From NCBI GenBank assembly GCA_947303855.1, contig CAMYZO010000001.1, positions 24,072-88,071 on the forward strand: 64,000 bases of DNA, written 5' to 3'. The DNA is from an uncultured Prevotellaceae bacterium (GTDB taxonomy: Bacteria > Bacteroidota > Bacteroidia > Bacteroidales > Bacteroidaceae). The first letter of the stretch is position 1, and every line of letters begins with the position of its first letter. Shown here in pieces: positions 1-10,493 of the stretch. The position numbers and the translations under genes are program-made. Under the pieces are notes generated by a model. It made no database searches and was not told the DNA's origin. It worked only from the letters and a program-made list of their open reading frames with translations.

Positions 1-8
1 TTTACGTT

Positions 9-851
9 TTATTTTAAGTCTGTAATGTTAGAAAAATCTTGGTCTCCGTAGTCCAGGTTTTCGCCGGCCATGCCCCAGATGAACGTATAGTTATGGGTGG
101 CGGCGGCACTGTGGATGCTCCACTCGGGCGACAGCACAGCCTGCTCGGTCTGCATCCAGAGGTGGCGTGTCTCCTGGGGCTCGCCCATGAAGTGGCAGAC
201 GGCCTGGTCCTGGGGCAGTTCAAAATAGAAGTAGGCCTCCATGCGGCGGCTGTGGGTGTGCGCCGGCATGGTGTTCCATACCGAGCCGGGAGCCAGTTCG
301 GTCATGCCCATCTGCAGCTGGCAGGTGGGCAGTACCTGATTGACGAGCATCTTGTTGATGTTACGCTCGTTTGACATTTCCAGGCTGCCCATGTGTGCCA
401 CAACCGCCTCTTGCTTAGTCACCTTGCGGCAAGGGTAGGTGGCGTGGGCCGTGGCCGAGTTGAAATAGAACTTGGCAGGTTGCTGCGGGTCGGCACTGGC
501 AAATGTTACGTTGCGGTCGCCACGGCCAATGTACAGTGCCTCTTTGAACTGCAGGGTGAACACCTCGTCGCCGATGCGTACTGTTCCTGTGCCGCCGACA
601 TTATAGACGCCCACCTCGCGGCGCTGGGTAAAGAAATCGGCTTTCAGCGGGTCGATAGCCTCTAATAACAGTTCTTCGTTGACGGGCATGGCACCGCCCA
701 CTATCATGCGGTCGTACATGGAATACACCATGTTCACCTCGTCGGCCCCAAACAGATGCTCAATGAGGAAGTCACGGCGCAGGCGTGCTGTGTCGTAGTG
801 ACGGGCATCCTCAGGATTAGTTGCGTAGCGTATTTCGTAGTTCGTTTTCAT
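9..851 (-). CDS. kduI: 5-dehydro-4-deoxy-D-glucuronate isomerase
   Basis: Motifs YDRMIVGGAMP, CQLQMGMTEL and WNTMPAHTHSRRMEAYFYF. Start moved to the ATG of MKTNYEIRY, downstream of a TAACTTTG promoter. Confidence 0.95.
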   Translation of the reverse strand: MKTNYEIRYATNPEDARHYDTARLRRDFLIEHLFGADEVNMVYSMYDRMIVGGAMPVNEELLLEAIDPLKADFFTQRREVGVYNVGGTGTVRIGDEVFTLQFKEALYIGRGDRNVTFASADPQQPAKFYFNSATAHATYPCRKVTKQEAVVAHMGSLEMSNERNINKMLVNQVLPTCQLQMGMTELAPGSVWNTMPAHTHSRRMEAYFYFELPQDQAVCHFMGEPQETRHLWMQTEQAVLSPEWSIHSAAATHNYTFIWGMAGENLDYGDQDFSNITDLK

Positions 852-872
852 CGGTTCTGATTTGTTCGTCTG

Positions 873-880
873 CAAAGTTA
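873..880 (-). promoter_or_regulatory. Bacteroidetes -7 promoter element for kduI
   Basis: TAACTTTG(CA) matches the TAnnTTTG consensus, ~20 nt upstream of the ATG. Confidence 0.7.
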
Positions 881-956
881 GCAAATATAATACGGACTAC
901 AAAATCTGAACACTTAAAAAAAATAAAAGAATCCTACTGCTTGCGCTACCGTGCCG

Positions 957-1421
957 TCAGCGTTCGATGCTGTCGATATGGAGTTTGAGCAGACCGGCGG
1001 GTACGCGTACCGTGACGGTGTCGCCGATTTTCTTGCCTAACAGAGCCTGTCCGATGGGCGATTTGATGGAGATTTTCCCTTCGCGGAGGTTGGCCTCATG
1101 GGGGCTGGCCATGGTGTAGGTCATCTTGCTGTTGTTGCCCATGTTGGTCATTCCCACCTTACAGAGCAGTTGCACCGTGTCGGCACCCAGGCGCGATGTG
1201 TCGATGACGCGGGCATTGGCCAGCACCCGCTGCTTGAAGCGAATCCTGCCCAGTAGCCGCGACTGTTCGCGCTTGGCAGCATGGTACTCGAAGTTCTCAC
1301 TGAGGTCGCCTTTATCGCGTGCCTCGGCAATAGCCTCTCTCACTTGAGGCAGTTCCACGTTCTCCATCTGACGGAGTTCAGCCACGAGTTTGTCGTAGCC
1401 TTCTTGTGACATGTATTCCAT
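957..1421 (-). CDS. greA: transcription elongation factor GreA
   Basis: AIAEARDKGDLSENFEYHAAK and KISIKSPIGQALLGK. True start is MEYMSQEGY; the ORF-track extension runs through the tRNA. Confidence 0.95.
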   Translation of the reverse strand: MEYMSQEGYDKLVAELRQMENVELPQVREAIAEARDKGDLSENFEYHAAKREQSRLLGRIRFKQRVLANARVIDTSRLGADTVQLLCKVGMTNMGNNSKMTYTMASPHEANLREGKISIKSPIGQALLGKKIGDTVTVRVPAGLLKLHIDSIER

Positions 1422-1483
1422 GATGCCGGCAAAATTAGTGGGTGTTTTTTCGGAATTGTGAAAAAAGCAGGGGTTTATGAAAG

Positions 1484-1554
1484 TTGGACGACTCGGATTC
1501 GAACCGGGAATGACAGAACCAAAACCTGTAGTGTTACCATTACACCATCGTCCA
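1484..1554 (-). tRNA. tRNA-Gln(TTG)
   Basis: Reverse complement TGGACGATGGTGTAATGGTAACACTACAGGTTTTGGTTCTGTCATTCCCGGTTCGAATCCGAGTCGTCCAA. Acceptor stem TGGACGA/TCGTCCA, anticodon arm ACAGG-TTTTGGT-TCTGT, T-loop GGTTCGAATCC. CCA is not encoded. Confidence 0.95.
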
Positions 1555-1563
1555 ATGCGGCTG

Positions 1564-1571
1564 CAAAGGTA
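1564..1571 (-). promoter_or_regulatory. -7 promoter element for tRNA-Gln
   Basis: TACCTTTG(CA) ~10 nt upstream of the tRNA 5' end. Confidence 0.75.
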
Positions 1572-1611
1572 CAAAATTAAAATGGAAGTACCAAAAATTT
1601 GCAGCCAAATA

Positions 1612-2910
1612 TTATTTCACTATCAGCAAATAGTAGTTCTTCTTGCCTTTTTGTGCCAGAAGATACTTGCCGTCAATGAGGTCGTCGGCCGTGACTATGC
1701 GCTGGGGGTCGGTCAGCTTCTCCTTGTTCAGGCTCACTCCGCCGCCCTGCACCATCTTGCGCATCTCACCCTTGGAGGAGAACACCGGCGCAGCGGTCGT
1801 GAAGAGTTCTATGGCTGGCTGGCCCAGCTGGTCCTTGCTGATATCATGATGCTCAACGCCGTCGAACACATCCAGGAATGTCTGTTCGTCAAGCCTCTCC
1901 AATGCCTCCTTGGTAGCCTTGCCGAACAGGATGTTCGAGGCCTCGATGGCGGTGTCCAGATCCTCGCGGGAGTGTACCATCACAGTGACCTCCTCGGCCA
2001 GGCGGCGCTGCAGCACACGACGGCCGGGGTCTTGGCGGTGCTCTTCAATGAGTGCGTCGATGACGTCCTTCTCTAACGACGTGAAGATTTTGATGTAGCG
2101 CTCAGCATCCTCGTCGCTGACGTTCAGCCAGAACTGGTAGAACTTGTACGGAGTGGTGCGCTTCGGGTCAAGCCAGATGTTGCCGCTCTCGGTCTTGCCA
2201 AACTTCTTGCCGTCGCTCTTGGTGATGAGCGGACAGGTCAGGGCAAAGGTCTCCACCTCGTTACCCAGGGTGCGGCGAATCAGTTCAGTGCCAGTGGTCA
2301 TGTTGCCCCACTGGTCGTTGCCGCCCAATTGCAGTTTGACACCCTTGTGCTGGTAGAGGTAGAGGAAGTCATAGCCCTGCAGCAGCTGGTAGGTAAACTC
2401 CGTAAACGACAGTCCATCGCGGGCTGTGCCGTTCAGGCGCTGCTGCACGCTCTCCTTGGCCATCATGTAGTTGACGGTAATGTGCTTGCCCACCTCACGT
2501 GCAAAGTCCAGGAAGGTGAAGTCCTTCATCCAGTCGTAGTTGTTCACCATCTCGGCGGCGTTCTCGCCCTCAGCCTCGAAATCCAGGAACTTGGCTACCT
2601 GCTGCTTGATGCACTCCTGATTGTGACGCAGCGTCTCGTCGTTCAGCAGATTGCGCTCCTGCGACTTGCCACTGGGGTCGCCAATCATGCCTGTAGCCCC
2701 ACCCACCAGGATGATGGGCTTGTGGCCGCAGCGCTGCAGGTGGCGCAGCATCATGATGCCACACAGGTGGCCAATGTGCAGAGAATCGGCTGTCGGGTCG
2801 GTACCCAAGTAGGCCGTCACCATCTCCTTCTGCAGGAGCTCTTCCGTTCCAGGCATCATCTGTGCCAACATTCCGCGCCAGCGGAGTTCTTCAACAAAGT
2901 TTTTTCTCAT
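1612..2910 (-). CDS. tyrS: tyrosine--tRNA ligase
   Basis: [11 protein letters not shown] (HIGH), [13 protein letters not shown] (KMSKS-like) and a C-terminal S4-like domain. Confidence 0.97.
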   Translation of the reverse strand: MRKNFVEELRWRGMLAQMMPGTEELLQKEMVTAYLGTDPTADSLHIGHLCGIMMLRHLQRCGHKPIILVGGATGMIGDPSGKSQERNLLNDETLRHNQECIKQQVAKFLDFEAEGENAAEMVNNYDWMKDFTFLDFAREVGKHITVNYMMAKESVQQRLNGTARDGLSFTEFTYQLLQGYDFLYLYQHKGVKLQLGGNDQWGNMTTGTELIRRTLGNEVETFALTCPLITKSDGKKFGKTESGNIWLDPKRTTPYKFYQFWLNVSDEDAERYIKIFTSLEKDVIDALIEEHRQDPGRRVLQRRLAEEVTVMVHSREDLDTAIEASNILFGKATKEALERLDEQTFLDVFDGVEHHDISKDQLGQPAIELFTTAAPVFSSKGEMRKMVQGGGVSLNKEKLTDPQRIVTADDLIDGKYLLAQKGKKNYYLLIVK

Positions 2911-2970
2911 CGAATGATGTTTCTTAAAATAGGATAATTATCGTTTGGGGGCTCCGAATACTCGGGAAAC

Positions 2971-3201
2971 TTAAGGCACCGGGTCATAGCCGCTGCCACC
3001 CCAGGGGTTACATCTTAGTACACGCCACACGGCCAGATAGAGTCCCTTGACGGGGCCGTGCTTCATAATGGCCTGCCGTGCATACTCCGAACAGGTGGGA
3101 GTGAAACGGCATGATGGCGGCGTATAGGGCGAAATGCATACCTGATAGAAGCGGATGGGCAGTACCAGCAACCATGACAGCAGGCGTTTTATCTGTCGCA
3201 T
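2971..3201 (-). CDS. yidD: membrane protein insertion efficiency factor YidD
   Basis: [10 protein letters not shown]...[29 protein letters not shown]. Start MRQIKRLL overlaps the rnpA end. Confidence 0.93.
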   Translation of the reverse strand: MRQIKRLLSWLLVLPIRFYQVCISPYTPPSCRFTPTCSEYARQAIMKHGPVKGLYLAVWRVLRCNPWGGSGYDPVP

Positions 3202-3581
3202 AGCTTCTCGGTGATGCGCTTGACAAGTTTCTGTACACGGTCGGCAACTTTTGCCGAGGCAACGGTGGTGTCGGCCTGCCAGAGGAAACCTACCAGCAGT
3301 GTCTCGTCGGCAGGGATGGCCTCGCAAAGAGGGGTCTTGCAGAGGCGATAGGCCTCACGCACCTGACGCTTTACGCAGTTACGGTCAACGGCGTGCTTCA
3401 GATGTCGCTTGGGAACGCTTATCAGTATCTGTACGGGAACACCGCCCCGACAGCGTGGTGCCGTCTGAAAGACAGCCCTCAGCGGGTAGGCGGCCATCGA
3501 CTGGCTGCCTGCGCCAAAGAGCGTCTCTATCAGCCGTGTGCTGCAAAGGTGCTCTCGCTTCCGAAACGATGCACTCCCCAC
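3189..3581 (-). CDS. rnpA: ribonuclease P protein component
   Basis: [32 protein letters not shown] (RNR-type motif), synteny with yidD. Probable GTG start. Confidence 0.88.
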   Translation of the reverse strand: MGSASFRKREHLCSTRLIETLFGAGSQSMAAYPLRAVFQTAPRCRGGVPVQILISVPKRHLKHAVDRNCVKRQVREAYRLCKTPLCEAIPADETLLVGFLWQADTTVASAKVADRVQKLVKRITEKLCDR

Positions 3582-3588
3582 GGTCTCC

Positions 3589-4338
3589 TTAGTCTTGTAA
3601 TTGGTAGAGGTAGTGCTGCAGAGCACCCGTCATGGAGGGGTACTTCTCGTTAGGAGCCTCGATATCAAGACGCAGACCGGCATCCCGGGCAGCCTGGGCT
3701 GTTGTCGGTCCGAAGGTGGCAATGGCGATGTCGCCTTGCTTGAAGTCGGGGAAGTTTTTCATCAGCGACTCAATACCTGACGGGCTGAAGAAGATCAGCA
3801 TGTCATAGTCGAACGTCCTCACCTCCTCTTCTGTAAAGTCGTTGCTGACGGTACGGTACATCACCACCTCCTTGTGGTTCAGTTTCTTCGAATCGAGCAG
3901 TTTGGTAATAGAGTCGTTGTGGACATCGCTCATGGGCACAAGATATTTCTCCGTCTTATGCTTCACCATGGGAGTCATAAGGTCGTCAATGCGGCCGGTT
4001 TGGCCGTAGAAGACCTTACGCTTACGGTACTGCACATATTTCTGGATATAGAGTGAGACTTTCTCCGTAACGCAGAAGTACTTCATGTCCTCAGGAATAG
4101 TAACACGGAGTTCCTTAGCCAGAGTGAAGAAATGGTCAATGGCGTGGCGGGATGTGAAAACGATGGCGGTGTAGTCTAAAATGCTCACCTTCTGGGCTCT
4201 GAATTCTTTAGCAGATAAACCTTCCACCTTAATAAAAGGGCGGAACACCACTTCAACATCGAATTTGCTCGCAATGTCGTAGTAAGGTGACTTGCCATCA
4301 TCAGGTTTCGGCTGTGACACCAAAATTTTCTTAATCAT
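3589..4338 (-). CDS. hemD: uroporphyrinogen-III synthase (HemD-like)
   Basis: ILVSQPKP, IVFTSRHAIDHFF, FFSPSGI; usual Bacteroidales position next to rnpA. Confidence 0.85.
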   Translation of the reverse strand: MIKKILVSQPKPDDGKSPYYDIASKFDVEVVFRPFIKVEGLSAKEFRAQKVSILDYTAIVFTSRHAIDHFFTLAKELRVTIPEDMKYFCVTEKVSLYIQKYVQYRKRKVFYGQTGRIDDLMTPMVKHKTEKYLVPMSDVHNDSITKLLDSKKLNHKEVVMYRTVSNDFTEEEVRTFDYDMLIFFSPSGIESLMKNFPDFKQGDIAIATFGPTTAQAARDAGLRLDIEAPNEKYPSMTGALQHYLYQLQD

Positions 4339-4350
4339 TTCTGTTATGTC

Positions 4351-5148
4351 CTAAAATGTTACTTTTAATACGTTGGTTATTGACGCCAAAATTCCCCACA
4401 AGGAAAGCAGAGGTATCAATTCGAGGGCACAAAGGTACAAAATAATTTGCAGAAAAATACTAATTTGCCTGAAAAAGATGAGCCAAGCCTTATAAAATGT
4501 CAATATTTTGGCTAAAACCAGAATAAAAACAAAATAATATACAACAGTTTGTATGGAAAGTCCGCTATACACTTGCAAGATGACCGCTGGCAAGATTGCG
4601 ACGCCTTCCATGGCGGTAATAAAGATAAGGCCCTTTATCCACTGTTGATTTTTTTTACTGTCAAAAAACACATTGTTAACAATGCTGTAGGCAGTTATTC
4701 TCAGCAGGAAGAAGGCCGTAAACACGGCGAAGTAGATAAGCACCAGCAGATAAGGGGCATCGATGGTGAATGTCGGCTGCTGAAAATGGACCACGTAGAT
4801 GTGGTACGCGACGGCCAGGAGCAGGCAGGTTTGCATGCTGAGCAGTTGTAACAGAAGGCTGCCGTGGGTTTCCTGGTTTTCAGAGCGTATGGTATAAAGA
4901 AAACTCCTGACTTGTTTGACAATACTATCGCGTGAGAATGATGTGGCTACGACGGCTAACACCAAGTTCAGCAACAACAGTGCCGTCATGACATCATCGC
5001 CACGAAAGGAGTAGGGAACGTCGTCGCCTACCATACCCGACTGCTTCCCCGGCAACTCTGTGTGAAACAGACTGTCGCCGGGGAAACTATTCTCGCGGTA
5101 GTATAACGGCAGGTGAACGTCCTGCTGATGTTGCGTTGTATCGGGCAT
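4351..5148 (-). CDS. DUF4271-like membrane protein
   Basis: Multiple hydrophobic segments, C-terminal ILYLCALELIP motif, position upstream of hemD. Confidence 0.7.
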   Translation of the reverse strand: MPDTTQHQQDVHLPLYYRENSFPGDSLFHTELPGKQSGMVGDDVPYSFRGDDVMTALLLLNLVLAVVATSFSRDSIVKQVRSFLYTIRSENQETHGSLLLQLLSMQTCLLLAVAYHIYVVHFQQPTFTIDAPYLLVLIYFAVFTAFFLLRITAYSIVNNVFFDSKKNQQWIKGLIFITAMEGVAILPAVILQVYSGLSIQTVVYYFVFILVLAKILTFYKAWLIFFRQISIFLQIILYLCALELIPLLSLWGILASITNVLKVTF

Positions 5149-5151
5149 TAC

Positions 5152-6408
5152 TTACAGTCCGAAGGCGTTCTTGATGTCCTCCACGCGGTCCAGTTTCTCC
5201 CACGTAAAGAGTTCCACCTCCAGTTCTTTTGTTTCATGGTAGTGGCTGGTGAACACCTTCTTCACCACCTCAGGCTTGCGACCCATGTGGCCGTAGGCGG
5301 CCGTCTCCAGGAACATGGGCTGGCGCAGTTTCAGCGTGCGCTCAATAGCCTTTGGCCGCAGGTCGAACAGCTCTTCTATCTTGCGTGCTATCTCGCTGTC
5401 GCTCATCTGCACGCGTGAGCGCCCGTAGGTGTTGACGTAGATGTTCATGGGCCGTGCCACACCGATGGCGTAAGCCACCTGTACGAGCATCTCGTCGCTG
5501 ACGCCGGCCGCCACCATGTTCTTGGCTATGTGGCGGGCAGCATAGGCAGCCGAGCGGTCTACCTTCGATGAGTCCTTGCCCGAGAAGGCACCGCCGCCAT
5601 GAGCACCTTTGCCGCCGTAGGTATCGACAATGATCTTGCGTCCTGTCAGGCCGGTGTCGCCGTGAGGGCCGCCGATGACAAACTTACCCGTCGGGTTGAC
5701 ATAATACTTGATGTCAAGCCCGAAGAGGTCGAGCACCTTCTGCGAATGAATCTGCTGCTTCACCCTGGGAATAAGGATGTTGATGACGTCGTCCTTGATT
5801 TTGGCCAGCATCCGCTCGTCCTCGTCAAACTCATCGTGCTGCGTAGAGACGACGATGGTGTCGATGCGCTCGGGAATGCCTTCGTCGCTGTACTGCACCG
5901 TCACCTGGCTCTTGGCGTCGGGGCGCAGGTAGGTCATCTCGCGTCCCTCCTTGCGGATGTCGGCCAGGGTGCGCACGATGAGGTGGGCCAGGTCAAGCGA
6001 GACGGGCATGTACGACTCCGTCTCGTTAGTGGCGTAGCCGAACATCATGCCCTGGTCGCCGGCACCCTGGTCGTCCTCGTCGGCCCGGTCAACGCCTCGG
6101 TTGATGTCCTGGCTCTGCTCGTGAATGGCACTCAGGATGCCGCAGGAGTTGCCGTCGAACTGGTATTCGGCCTTGGTGTAGCCTATCTTGTTGATGGTGT
6201 TGCGGGCAATGGTCTGCAGGTCTATATAGACCTCGCTGCTGACCTCGCCCATGAGCACCACCTGTCCGGTGGTGACAAATGTCTCGCAGGCCACACGTGC
6301 CGTGGGGTCGTAGGCCAGGAACTGGTCCAGGAGAGCGTCGCTTATCTGGTCGGCCACCTTGTCGGGATGGCCCTCAGACACTGATTCTGATGAAAAGAAA
6401 TAACTCAT
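5152..6408 (-). CDS. metK: S-adenosylmethionine synthetase
   Basis: [26 protein letters not shown]. Confidence 0.98.
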   Translation of the reverse strand: MSYFFSSESVSEGHPDKVADQISDALLDQFLAYDPTARVACETFVTTGQVVLMGEVSSEVYIDLQTIARNTINKIGYTKAEYQFDGNSCGILSAIHEQSQDINRGVDRADEDDQGAGDQGMMFGYATNETESYMPVSLDLAHLIVRTLADIRKEGREMTYLRPDAKSQVTVQYSDEGIPERIDTIVVSTQHDEFDEDERMLAKIKDDVINILIPRVKQQIHSQKVLDLFGLDIKYYVNPTGKFVIGGPHGDTGLTGRKIIVDTYGGKGAHGGGAFSGKDSSKVDRSAAYAARHIAKNMVAAGVSDEMLVQVAYAIGVARPMNIYVNTYGRSRVQMSDSEIARKIEELFDLRPKAIERTLKLRQPMFLETAAYGHMGRKPEVVKKVFTSHYHETKELEVELFTWEKLDRVEDIKNAFGL

Positions 6409-6436
6409 ACTTTTTTCTAACTTAGGGGCTTAAATG

Positions 6437-9298
6437 TTACTCTGCCGGCAGCATCACTATTTCAGCCTCGTTGCCCGACTTGAGCACGTCGGCTACGAAG
6501 TTGCAGATGCTCTGCGGCGTCACTGCCTGTACTGTCTTCTCGTAATCGGTATGGAAGTCTATGCTCCACTTACGCCAGGCGCCGATGCGCGAGCTCCAGT
6601 AGCCGTTGGTCTTCAGCTGGTCGGCATGCGACTTCAGCATATACTCCTTCACCTTGGCCAGCATGTCGGCATCACACTTGCCACTGGCCATGTCGTTGAC
6701 GGCACGGCGCATGATGTAGACAGCCGTGTCGGCCTTCTCGGGTTTCATGGGACAATAGGCGAAAATGCTGGTCTCGTCGCCGAAGTCATCGCGGCTGACG
6801 CCAGCCTGTGCATTGACGGTATAGGCAGCGCTGGCCTCCTCGCGTATCTCCTTCAGGTAGACCATCTCCAGCACCTGTCCGGCCATCTGGGCGCGGATGA
6901 TGTTCTCCAGAGTGTAGGGCAGCTGCTTCGAGTACCAGTGCAACACGGCAATCGACTTGGGTGTCTCAGCCTTGTGCTTGAAGTCGTTCACCACCTTGCC
7001 CTTATAGTCGGTAGAGACGTCCTTGCCTTTCACAATCTTCTTCTGCACAGGCAGCGAGGCAATATACTGCTCAATGAGCGGACGGATGGTAGAGTCGTTG
7101 TAGTTGCCGATGATGGTGAACGTGAAGGCAGCGGCGTTCTGTGTGCGCTCCTTGGCCATCTGCAGGATACGGTCGTAGCTGACGTTCTGCAGGTCGGCTA
7201 CCGTCAGCGACTTGAAGCGCGGGTTATGGCTGCTGATGGTGGCGTTCAGCGAGTCGCTGAAGACGGCCTCTGGCTGCAGCAGGCGGTTCTTCAGCTGCAG
7301 CTCGGTGGTCTTCATCAGCTGGTCGAACGACTGCTGGTCTTTCATGATGTTGCCGGTCATGTAGAGGTAAACCAGCTGCAGCATCGTCTCCACGTCGCCG
7401 GGGGTTGACGAACCGTTGACGTATGTGCGCTGGCTGCTCATGGAGAGCGAGGCACCGGCAATCTTGCCTGCCAGGGCCTTCATCAGTTCCGTGTGCTGGA
7501 AGTTGCCCAGTCCGCTGGCCTCGACGACGTCGTCAAACAGACGGAAGTTAGCGCGGTCCTCCATGCCGTAGAGCGAGTTGCCGCCCCACCCTTCGGCTGT
7601 CAGCAGCACCTGGTCTTTCTTCAGGTCGGTATGTTTCAGCACCACCTTCACGCCGTTCGACAGCGTCAGCTCAGAGTAGCCGCTCTCAACGCCGTCGCCC
7701 GTCTTTGTCAGGAACTTGTCAATCTTCACCTCTTTCTTGATAGAGCCCTTCTTAGGCATGGTGGTCATCAGCGGCTCGTCCTTCACATTGTCCACCCATG
7801 CGGTCAGTTCCATGGTACGGGCGTCGCGGACAGCACCCAGCAGTCCGGCCTCTGTAGGATAGGTGGCACCATCTTTCTCCTGGTTGAAGTTCAGAATCAC
7901 CAAGTTCGAGTCGTTCTGGGGCACCAGCTGCTTCATCAGCTCGTTGATGGCCTCCAGGGGGAGGGCAGGTACCAGCTGCTTCATCAGCTGATAGGAGTCG
8001 TCGATAGAGGGGATAGGCTCATTGGCCAGGAAATGCTGTACGTACTGGTTGACAAACTGACTGTTGTAGCGCTTGTCTTTGTTGGAGTACTGCTTGTCAA
8101 GAGCGCTCAGCGTGTTGGCTTTAGAGCGGGCATACTCCGTGGCGGTGAAGCCAAACTTGGCGGCTCTCAGCACCTCGGCAAAAACCGTCTTCAGCGCCTC
8201 GTTCATCTGTCCCTCCTTGGGTACGATACTGAGCGACAGGGCATCCTTTGTCTTGGCGAAGAGGTAGCTGCCGTCCTCCACCCCAGCCTGCAGGAAGGGG
8301 CAGTCGGGCTGCTGGGCAATCTCGTCCAGACGGTTGCTCAGCATTCCCATGGCTGTCTGCTTGACGTAGTTGGCCACCAGGTAGTCGATGGTCAGCTTGG
8401 CCTCATCGGGCACGGCATCGTGCTTGAACATCACCTCCACCAGGTCAACCTTCTGCTCCTTGTCCTTGTCGATGATGACTATAGGCTCGGCGTTGTCAGG
8501 CACGGCTACCAGTTCCACCTTAGCGGCATCGGCACTGGGGCTGGCTATCTGCGAGAACATGGTCTTGATTTTCTGTTCCACCTTGTCGACATCAATGTCG
8601 CCCACGACGATGATACCCTGGTTGTCAGGGCGGTACCACTTCTCATAGTATGCCTGCAGGAAGGGACGCTCAAAGTTGTCGATAATCTCCATCAGACCGA
8701 TGGGCATGCGCTCGCCGTACTTCGACCCGGGGTAGAGCTTCGGCAGATCGCGCTCCAGCATGCGCATCTGTGCGCTGGTGCGCAGGCGCCACTCCTCGTG
8801 GATAACGCCACGCTCCTTCTCAATCTCGTCTTTCTCTAAGAGCAGTCCGTCGGCCCAGTCCCACAGAATCATCAGACAGGAGTCGACGATACCTTCGCGC
8901 GTGGTGGGGACGTTTGAGATGTTGTATACCGTCTCGTCAATCGATGTGTAGGCATTGAGGTCGGTACCGAACTTCACGCCAATCGACTCACACCAGCGCA
9001 GCAGTTCGTTGCCCTTGAAATGCTTGGAGCCGTTGAAGGCCATGTGCTCCAGGAAGTGGGCCAGTCCGCGCTGGTTGTCATCCTCCTGCAGCGAGCCCAC
9101 CTTCTGGGCTATGTAGAACTCGGCGCGCTGCTCCGGCCATTCGTTGTGGCGGATATAGTAGGTGAGTCCGTTGTCTAACTTTCCGATACGCACATCGGGA
9201 TCAACAGGTATAGGTGGCATCTGCATCTGTGCCACAGCCATGGAGGTACTGGCAGCGGCCAGTACTACGAGACTGAAAAACCTAAGAAATTTGTTCAT
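6437..9298 (-). CDS. M16 family zinc metallopeptidase (PqqL-like), secreted
   Basis: Inverted zinc motif GLAHFLEHMAFNGS, signal peptide, ~950 aa two-lobed architecture. Confidence 0.92.
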   Translation of the reverse strand: MNKFLRFFSLVVLAAASTSMAVAQMQMPPIPVDPDVRIGKLDNGLTYYIRHNEWPEQRAEFYIAQKVGSLQEDDNQRGLAHFLEHMAFNGSKHFKGNELLRWCESIGVKFGTDLNAYTSIDETVYNISNVPTTREGIVDSCLMILWDWADGLLLEKDEIEKERGVIHEEWRLRTSAQMRMLERDLPKLYPGSKYGERMPIGLMEIIDNFERPFLQAYYEKWYRPDNQGIIVVGDIDVDKVEQKIKTMFSQIASPSADAAKVELVAVPDNAEPIVIIDKDKEQKVDLVEVMFKHDAVPDEAKLTIDYLVANYVKQTAMGMLSNRLDEIAQQPDCPFLQAGVEDGSYLFAKTKDALSLSIVPKEGQMNEALKTVFAEVLRAAKFGFTATEYARSKANTLSALDKQYSNKDKRYNSQFVNQYVQHFLANEPIPSIDDSYQLMKQLVPALPLEAINELMKQLVPQNDSNLVILNFNQEKDGATYPTEAGLLGAVRDARTMELTAWVDNVKDEPLMTTMPKKGSIKKEVKIDKFLTKTGDGVESGYSELTLSNGVKVVLKHTDLKKDQVLLTAEGWGGNSLYGMEDRANFRLFDDVVEASGLGNFQHTELMKALAGKIAGASLSMSSQRTYVNGSSTPGDVETMLQLVYLYMTGNIMKDQQSFDQLMKTTELQLKNRLLQPEAVFSDSLNATISSHNPRFKSLTVADLQNVSYDRILQMAKERTQNAAAFTFTIIGNYNDSTIRPLIEQYIASLPVQKKIVKGKDVSTDYKGKVVNDFKHKAETPKSIAVLHWYSKQLPYTLENIIRAQMAGQVLEMVYLKEIREEASAAYTVNAQAGVSRDDFGDETSIFAYCPMKPEKADTAVYIMRRAVNDMASGKCDADMLAKVKEYMLKSHADQLKTNGYWSSRIGAWRKWSIDFHTDYEKTVQAVTPQSICNFVADVLKSGNEAEIVMLPAE

Positions 9299-9363
9299 GT
9301 TTGTTGTGATATTAGTTTCAGCCTGCAAAGTTACAAAGTTTTATCAGAACAGACAAATATTTA

Positions 9364-10266
9364 TCATTTTTTCATATTCCGCGGGTGGTGCTCCAGAATT
9401 TCCTGACGCAGCGTCGTGGTGTCTATGTGTGTGTAAATCTCGGTGGTGCCGATCGACTCATGGCCCAGCATGGCCTGAATGGCACGCAGGTCGGCACCGC
9501 CCTCAAGCAGCGCCGTGGCAAAGGAGTGGCGCAGTGTGTGGGGCGAGATGGTCTTCGTGATACCTGCCGCCACGGCCTGCTGTTTTATCATAATCAGTAT
9601 CATGACACGAGTGAGGTGAGCCCCCCGGCGGTTCAGGAACACATAGTCTTCCTCGCCGGGCTTGATCTTCATCTGCCGGCGGTCGTCAAACCAGTATCCC
9701 AGTTCCTTGATGGCGCGCGGCGAGATGGGCACCAGCCGTTCTTTCGACCCTTTGCCGTTGACACGCAGGAACCCCTCGTCCAGAAAGAGGTTCGACAGGC
9801 GCAGGGTCACCAGCTCGCTGACGCGCAGGCCACAGGAGAAGAGCACCTCGATGATGGCGCGGTTGCGGTGGCCCTCCCATTTCGACAGGTCTATCGAGGC
9901 CTCCAGCCGGTCCACCTCTGCCGTTGTCAGCACCTCGGGCAGGTGCTCACCCAGCGTGGGCGACTCCAGCAGTTCCGTAGGGTCGTCGTCGCGGTAGCCG
10001 TCGACAGCCAGAAACCGGTAGAACGAGCGCACGCCGCTCAGGATTCGGCACTGCGAGCGCGGCCCGATACCAATGTCGTGGAGTCCGGCGGCAAAGTTCT
10101 GCAAATCTTCCAGTTGCACGTCTGTCACATGCTTGTCTTCGCGTTTCAGATAGGCCAGCAGTTTCTCCAGGTCGCGCTGGTATGCCTCCAGCGTGTTGGC
10201 CGAGAAGTTACGCTCCAGTTTGAGGTAGCGCACATACCGCCTGACAATTGTCTCTTGTTGTTCCAT
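9364..10266 (-). CDS. xerD: site-specific tyrosine recombinase XerD
   Basis: GLRVSEL, GKGSKER, SPHTLRHSFATALLEGGADLRAIQAMLGH...TTEIYTH. Confidence 0.88.
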   Translation of the reverse strand: MEQQETIVRRYVRYLKLERNFSANTLEAYQRDLEKLLAYLKREDKHVTDVQLEDLQNFAAGLHDIGIGPRSQCRILSGVRSFYRFLAVDGYRDDDPTELLESPTLGEHLPEVLTTAEVDRLEASIDLSKWEGHRNRAIIEVLFSCGLRVSELVTLRLSNLFLDEGFLRVNGKGSKERLVPISPRAIKELGYWFDDRRQMKIKPGEEDYVFLNRRGAHLTRVMILIMIKQQAVAAGITKTISPHTLRHSFATALLEGGADLRAIQAMLGHESIGTTEIYTHIDTTTLRQEILEHHPRNMKK

Positions 10267-10437
10267 AATGCACGGCAGAAAAGTCGGCTGCAAAGGTACG
10301 CCATATTTTCCACTTTTACAAGCAATTAGCCCTCAAAACCACCCAATTTAGACATGCGCGAACCTTGATTTAATATTTTTTAGGGCGATTTTTGCAAGTT
10401 TTTGCCCCTTATGGATTATCGTTTCAGTATTTTTTCT

Positions 10438-10445
10438 TAACTTTG
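10438..10445 (+). promoter_or_regulatory. -7 promoter element for the lipoprotein-aroQ operon
   Basis: TAACTTTG; a divergent TACCTTTG for xerD lies at 10291-10298. Confidence 0.65.
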
Positions 10446-10493
10446 CCGCGGATTATTAACAGTAAAAAGAAAAATAACTAAATCAACACACAC

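Noticed and set aside
1484-1554. tRNA-Gln as an integration site
   Set aside because: It is flanked by core genes (greA, tyrS), and I saw no duplicated tRNA 3' end elsewhere in the window.
1422-1574. N-terminal extension of GreA in the ORF track
   Set aside because: It reads through the tRNA-Gln gene and its promoter; the real start is at 1421.
9364-10266. Tyrosine recombinase as an integrase for the accessory blocks
   Set aside because: Its size and motifs fit housekeeping XerD, it lies among core genes, and no att-like repeats were seen.
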